DNA from: Chiloscyllium plagiosum
Lineage: Eukaryota
Length of the DNA stretch: 36,110 nucleotides
NCBI RefSeq assembly: GCF_004010195.1
Contig: NC_057749.1
Coordinates: 26,790,885 to 26,826,994, forward strand
Direction of reading: 5' to 3'
Made by a program: the position numbers and the translations under genes. How positions within the stretch are numbered: position 1 is the first letter of the stretch; the number at the start of each line of letters is the position of its first letter. This document shows, one piece after another, positions 34,025 to 36,110 of the stretch. Under the pieces are notes generated by a model. That model did no database searches, was not told where the DNA came from, and was given only the letters and a program-made list of their open reading frames with translations.

Positions 34025-34310
34025 TGTGATTTGGAGATGCCGGTGTTGGACTGGGGTGCACAAAGTTAAAAATCAAACTACACCAGGTTATAGTCAACAC
34101 GTTTAACTGGAAACACACTAGCTTTTGGAGCACCACTCCTTCATCAGGTGGTTGTGGAGGGCACAATTGTCAGACACAGAATTTGCTATAAATTCTGTGC
34201 TTTACAATTGTGCCCTCCATAACCATCTGATGAAGGAGCGGCGCTCCGAAAGCGAGTGTGCTTCCAATTAAACCTGTTGGATTATAACTTGGTGTTGTGT
34301 GATTTTTAAC
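34025..34310. mobile_element. Penelope-like family 1 palindrome with two opposed hammerhead relics
   Basis: Arms 34065-34184 and 34190-34310 around loop GCTAT; TSD-like ATCTGTCATTTTT (34012-34024) / ATTTATCATTTTT (34311-34323). Confidence 0.82.
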
Positions 34311-34339
34311 ATTTATCATTTTTCAGGTTCCCTTTTAGA

Positions 34340-34695
34340 ATAAGCGAATCCCTACACTGAGGAAAGATGCCATTTGGCTTATCAACTCTGCATCGATCCT
34401 CCGAAGAGCATCCTATCCAGAACCACTTCCTGATCTTATCCCCATAACCCCACATTTACCACAGCTAATCCAACAAACCTGCACATCCCTGGACACTCTG
34501 GGCAATTTAGCATAGCCAATGTACCTAACCTGCACATCTCAGGACTGTGAGAGAAAACCAGAGCACCCAGCATAAATGCAAGCAGACATGGGGAGAAAGT
34601 GCAAACTCCACACAGATAATCACCCAAAGTTGGAGTTGATCTCAGGTCCTTGGCACTGTGAGGAGTGCTAACTATTGTACTTTCACCATGCTGCC
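34340..34695 (-). mobile_element. V-SINE (HE1-like)
   Basis: gggcaatttagcatagcc...gtgcaaactccacacag...gcactgtgagg...caccatgctgcc is the reverse complement of the SINE. Confidence 0.85.
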
Positions 34696-35708
34696 TGAAA
34701 TTTGTAAACTGCCACTTTATTCTCGTATTTTCTTTCTGTTAGTCTTGTTTTCTTCTCCACTTCTCAATTTACATTTATTTTGCTTGATTCCCATTTGAAG
34801 AGAAGAGAAATGTATATTCCTTTTTTTTTGTTATTAACTCTAGCTCCTTTGTCACCCTAAGGTTTCTGGCTTTGGTTTCCTTAAATGTCACCTTTGTGTA
34901 CCGAGCCTGTACTGAAGTGTCTGCTCCTTGAAGTTCAACTATTGTTCCATTCCAGTTTCTTTTCTATCAGTCTGTGGTTCGATTTGAACATCATTAGATC
35001 TCCTCTCATTCTACTAAAGTTGGTTCTCTCTCAAAGTTCTCAATAGATGCTCTTCTTCCTTAATAATCTAAAACTGATAATCATTCTTAGCCAAGTGTTC
35101 CCATGGAGACACTTGGCCTACTTAGCTCACTGCATGAAAAATAGCATTTCACACTGCTACTGTGGTATTGTGTTTTCCACCAATAGGATTCTGCCATCAG
35201 TCCAAAAAGGCATTTTGCCCATAAAACTAGTGAGCAAAATCATGTAGGAATTTCACTGCCAATGCAACACTAGGTATGGAGGCCACACATCTCAATGACC
35301 AAAGAATCAAACAGCATGTTCATAAAAAGCAAAGTACAATATATATTTCAACTCTGGTTTCCAGCATCCGCAGTCCTCACTTTATCCTAGAGTATAGTAT
35401 ATACTCAACCTTGCAAAACTGAAAACACAATGTACTACTGAATTTGATTCCACCATTGAGCAACACTTGCTGAACAATCCTCATAATACTAATAGCTACA
35501 TTAACAATCATTTTAAGATGATCAGTTAAGTTCATAATGTGACTTATTTACACTTGCTGGAAGCAAAATACATACATATACAGAGAACTGTTCTCTGCAA
35601 GCAAAAGGAATGTGTTTGAGTCCTCATTTTGAAAGACTGATCCCCAGTTTTGATTCTCTCACAATAGGAAACATTTTGTCCACATCTACATTGATACATA
35701 TAGAATTA

Positions 35709-35800
35709 TAAAGTTAAAAATCACACAACACCAGGTTATAGTCCAACAGGTTTAATTGGAAGCACACTATCTTTCGGAGTGACGCTCCTTCATCAGGTGA
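35709..35800 (-). mobile_element. Penelope-like family 1 fragment with hammerhead motif
   Basis: Minus strand cac-CTGATGAA-GGAGC-gtc-ACTCC-GAAA-GATA-gtg at 35765-35799. Confidence 0.8.
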
Positions 35801-36110
35801 TAGACCATAAGACATAGGAGTGGAAGTAAGGCCATTCGGCCCATCAAGTCCACTCCGCCATTCAATCATGGCTGATGCGCATTTCAGCTCCACTTACCAG
35901 CGTTCTCCCCGTAGCCCTTAATTCCTCGAGACAACAAGAATCTATCAATCTCGGCCTTGAAGACATTTAGCGTCCCGGCTTCCACTGCACTCCGTGGCAA
36001 TGAATACCACAGGCCCACCACTCTCTGGCTGAAGAAATGTCTCCGCATTTCTGTTCTGAAACGACCCCCTCTAATTCTAAGGCTGTGTCCACGGGTCCTA
36101 ATCTCCTCGT
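35801..36110 (-). mobile_element. CR1 3' end (family of copy A), runs off the window end
   Basis: Highly similar to 4825-5125 (ggagtggaagtaaggccattcggccc...ccactctctggctgaagaaat). Confidence 0.93.

Overview
Repeat-saturated vertebrate DNA, most likely from a shark or other elasmobranch (inferred from HE1-like V-SINEs and abundant CR1 LINEs). I found no intact host gene. The window contains: (1) the 3' end of a defective endogenous retrovirus (integrase tail, gamma-type env resembling the HERV-I group, polypurine tract, 626-bp 3' LTR), whose env cytoplasmic tail is replaced by a 3'-truncated SINE; (2) many CR1 copies nested inside an older CR1/L2-type LINE, several with recognisable target-site duplications (TSDs); (3) a decayed Gypsy LTR retrotransposon with both LTRs and a TSD, inserted in a CR1; (4) about ten short Penelope-like terminal-repeat fragments from three families carrying minimal hammerhead ribozyme motifs, several arranged as long palindromes and some with 13-14 bp TSDs; (5) small templated insertions, an 18-bp minisatellite derived from CR1, and a 789-bp assembly gap. 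These element classes are known; the unusual parts are the local architectures. Boundaries of old elements are approximate, and all alignments were done by eye.
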